This document shows positions 61,760-64,000 of a stretch of 64,000 bases of DNA, piece by piece. The notes under the pieces are model-generated. The model searched no databases, was not told the origin of the DNA, and was given only the letters and a program-made list of their open reading frames with translations. Both the position numbers and the translations under genes were made by a program. Source of the stretch: an uncultured Gemmatimonadales bacterium (GTDB lineage Bacteria > Gemmatimonadota > Gemmatimonadetes > Gemmatimonadales > GWC2-71-9); NCBI GenBank assembly GCA_963728915.1, contig CAVSLV010000002.1, positions 192,001-256,000 on the forward strand, written 5' to 3'. Numbering within the stretch: the first letter of the stretch is position 1; each line of letters starts with the position of its first letter.

Positions 61760-62626
61760 ATGTCTTCGCCACCCCGAGCCGCCCCGCCATCCGTCCCGGC
61801 CCAGCCCGGCGCCGGACGGCTCGAAGCCCTGAGGATTCGGGGGCACCAGGGCGGCGTCATCCAGCCGCACCGATCCATGGGCGGATTCCCCTGGAACGCC
61901 CGGCGCCTGGCGATGGCGGTCGGCCTCACGGTCCTCGGACTCGCGGGTTATGTCGCCACCTTGCCGGGCCTGCTCTCGGCGTGGCGCTGGGCCTTCGATC
62001 GGGGCCGGAGCTGGCTCGACCTCCGGCTGATGCTGGGTGAGCAGACCGTGCTGCTGCCCGCCGGCATCGCGCTCACGCTGCCCGAGCTCTCGACCGTGAC
62101 GCCGCAACCGGGCACCGGCGCCCTGCTGCTCGCGAGCCTGGTCACCCTCCTGGCGGTCGGAGGGAGCGTCCTGCTTCCCCGGCGTTTTACCCCCATCCGG
62201 TTCATCCTGGGACTTCTCGCGGTGGTGCAGGCCAGCGCGATCCTGTTCTTCGCCGCCTCTCCGGAGCCCTTCCCGTTCCGGGTCTCGGATTACCTCTTCG
62301 GCTTGATCTCGACCGGGATGATCGCGATGGGGGTGACCCCGATCCTGCTTGGTCTGGCACTCTATCCGATGGATCTGGCCTGGTGGCGAAAGGGCCTGGC
62401 GACCGTCCTGCTCATGCTGCACTTCGCGGTGCTCACCCCGCTGCTCGTCCTGACGCATAGTGCCCTGCTGCTCCGGGGCACCGCGGTGGTGATGCCCACG
62501 TTGTTCCTGGGATTCGGCGTTCTCCCCTTCGCCCTGGGCTTTCTCGCCTTCTATGGGTGGGCCATGTCGTGGGCCGGAGAGATGGAGCAACGCGCCGTGC
62601 CGGCGCCGGTGCACTCGGCCCGATGA
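61760..62626 (+). CDS. Multi-TM membrane protein of a GT2-associated cluster
   Basis: About six TM helices; ATGA-coupled to the GT2 gene. Confidence 0.7.
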   Translation: MSSPPRAAPPSVPAQPGAGRLEALRIRGHQGGVIQPHRSMGGFPWNARRLAMAVGLTVLGLAGYVATLPGLLSAWRWAFDRGRSWLDLRLMLGEQTVLLPAGIALTLPELSTVTPQPGTGALLLASLVTLLAVGGSVLLPRRFTPIRFILGLLAVVQASAILFFAASPEPFPFRVSDYLFGLISTGMIAMGVTPILLGLALYPMDLAWWRKGLATVLLMLHFAVLTPLLVLTHSALLLRGTAVVMPTLFLGFGVLPFALGFLAFYGWAMSWAGEMEQRAVPAPVHSAR

Positions 62627-63861
62627 GCGTCTTCGCCGTGGTGCTGCTTCCCGTCCTCGCGATCGTTGCCGCGGTGACGATCCGTCAGTACCTGCTGATC
62701 CTGAATCGCCTGTTCGGCGCTCATCGTCAGCCGTATCTCGATCTGGCCACGGCCACCTGGCCCCAGGTCACGGTGTTCATTCCCTGCCGGGACGAAAAAC
62801 AGATCGGACCGCTGATGGTGGCGCTCCTTGCCGCCGACTATCCAGCCGGCCGGCTCACCCTGGTTCCCATCGTGGACCCGGCGTTCCCCGACGCGGCCCT
62901 GGTCCTCGACGATTATGCGGTTCGATTTCCGGGGAAGGTGATCCCGTTTCACCGCGCCAGAATGCAGGGCGGACGCGGCGGCGCACTCCGTGAGGCGAGC
63001 GAGCATGCGCCGGGTCACGAGGCCCCCATCCACCTGGTGTTCGATGGAGCGTTTCGTCCCGGCCGGGGACTCGTCAAACAACTGGTCGCACCGCTCTTCG
63101 ATCCTGAAGTCGGCGCCGTGTTCAGCCGGATCGTTCCGGCCAACGAAAGCCCCGCGCTCCTGCCTCGGCTCCAGGACCTGGCGGAGGCTCAAGCGAGCCA
63201 GATCGAACAGCAGGCCCGCACCAACCAGGGTGGCCTTCCCGAGCTGACGGCGCCGGTACTGGCGGTCCGTCGCGCCGCCCTCGAATCGGCCGGGGGGTGG
63301 AGCGCCGATGCCGAAGCGGAAAGCCTGGAGCTGGGCTATCGGCTCGCCGGTAACGGATGGGCGATCGCCTACCAGAACCGCGCGGAATGTCACGAATCGG
63401 TGCCCGAGGCCTGGCCGGTATTCCAGGACGAGCGGCGGCGAAACATTCGCGGCCGTCTCACCGCGCTGCGTCGCCATGGGACCGGCGCCGGCTTCGACGG
63501 ACTGCTCCGGCTGGGAAGTCCGCTGGTGGGCCTGATCCTGATCGTAGGTTGGGTGGTGGCGCTCGCCGGCTCCTACGCCGGAGACGCCTTTGCGGTCACC
63601 ACGCTGGCCATCCTGACCCTCAGCCTGTTTGCTCCCTTGGGGAGCTGGGCGGGGTTTGTGGCCGCCGCCGCCGCCGCGCGGCTCGATGGAAACCGGACCC
63701 GGATCAGAATCCTTCCGTTCCAGGCACTCTCGGCTCTTGGCGAAAGCTGCTGGGCCGCGTGGGAAGCGGTGCCCCGGTTCGTCAAGCGGCGCCCTGGGGT
63801 CCGAAGCCGCGCCGCCACGACCGAAGTGAGGCTCCCCGCCCCCGCACGGAAGGAGGCCTGA
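62623..63861 (+). CDS. Cellulose-synthase-like GT2 protein with degenerate catalytic motifs
   Basis: WPQVTVFIPC, APLFDPEVGAV, RRAALESAGGW, ESVPEAW; C-terminal TM helices. Confidence 0.82.
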   Translation: MSVFAVVLLPVLAIVAAVTIRQYLLILNRLFGAHRQPYLDLATATWPQVTVFIPCRDEKQIGPLMVALLAADYPAGRLTLVPIVDPAFPDAALVLDDYAVRFPGKVIPFHRARMQGGRGGALREASEHAPGHEAPIHLVFDGAFRPGRGLVKQLVAPLFDPEVGAVFSRIVPANESPALLPRLQDLAEAQASQIEQQARTNQGGLPELTAPVLAVRRAALESAGGWSADAEAESLELGYRLAGNGWAIAYQNRAECHESVPEAWPVFQDERRRNIRGRLTALRRHGTGAGFDGLLRLGSPLVGLILIVGWVVALAGSYAGDAFAVTTLAILTLSLFAPLGSWAGFVAAAAAARLDGNRTRIRILPFQALSALGESCWAAWEAVPRFVKRRPGVRSRAATTEVRLPAPARKEA

Positions 63862-63863
63862 TC

Positions 63864-64000
63864 GTGGGGCCCCTTCTCGCGCTGCTCCTCATCGCGCTGT
63901 TCTGGATCGCGCTGCCGCTGGTGCCGGCCCTCCTGGAGCTGGCGCGCCCGCGCGACCTCAAGGCGCTCGAGCTCACCGATCGTTCGATCGGAAAGATCAG
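63864..64000 (+). CDS. Membrane-anchored protein (partial, runs off window end)
   Basis: Hand translation: VGPLLALLLIALFWIALPLVPALLELARPRDLKAL... Confidence 0.6.
   Translation, partial: MGPLLALLLIALFWIALPLVPALLELARPRDLKALELTDRSIGKI

Overview
GC-rich bacterial chromosomal window. The gene content (four ADOP duplicated permeases, two acidobacterial-type PadR regulators, a VPS10/BNR propeller protein, many small lipoproteins) suggests Gemmatimonadota or an Acidobacteriota-like lineage; this is an inference. I found about 63 intact CDSs and no rRNA, tRNA, CRISPR array, integrase or transposase. All family calls come from motifs recognised by eye, not from database searches. Main points: (1) a complete tyrosine-responsive transcription attenuator upstream of tyrA, missed by the ORF track: a 25-aa leader with 4 Tyr, an antiterminator and a terminator; (2) a coupled operon of TonB receptor, two esterases, ATP-grasp ligase, circularly permuted ATP-grasp ligase, GCS2 ligase and C26 hydrolase, a putative peptide synthesis/turnover system; (3) a TPP riboswitch-thiC unit running directly into TauE and a persulfide dioxygenase-rhodanese; (4) an HD-GYP-LuxR regulator with a palindromic box ahead of a signal-less AmiC-like protein; (5) a GT2 with all catalytic motifs degenerate; (6) an apparently exported NADAR protein; (7) many gene remnants left by deletions.
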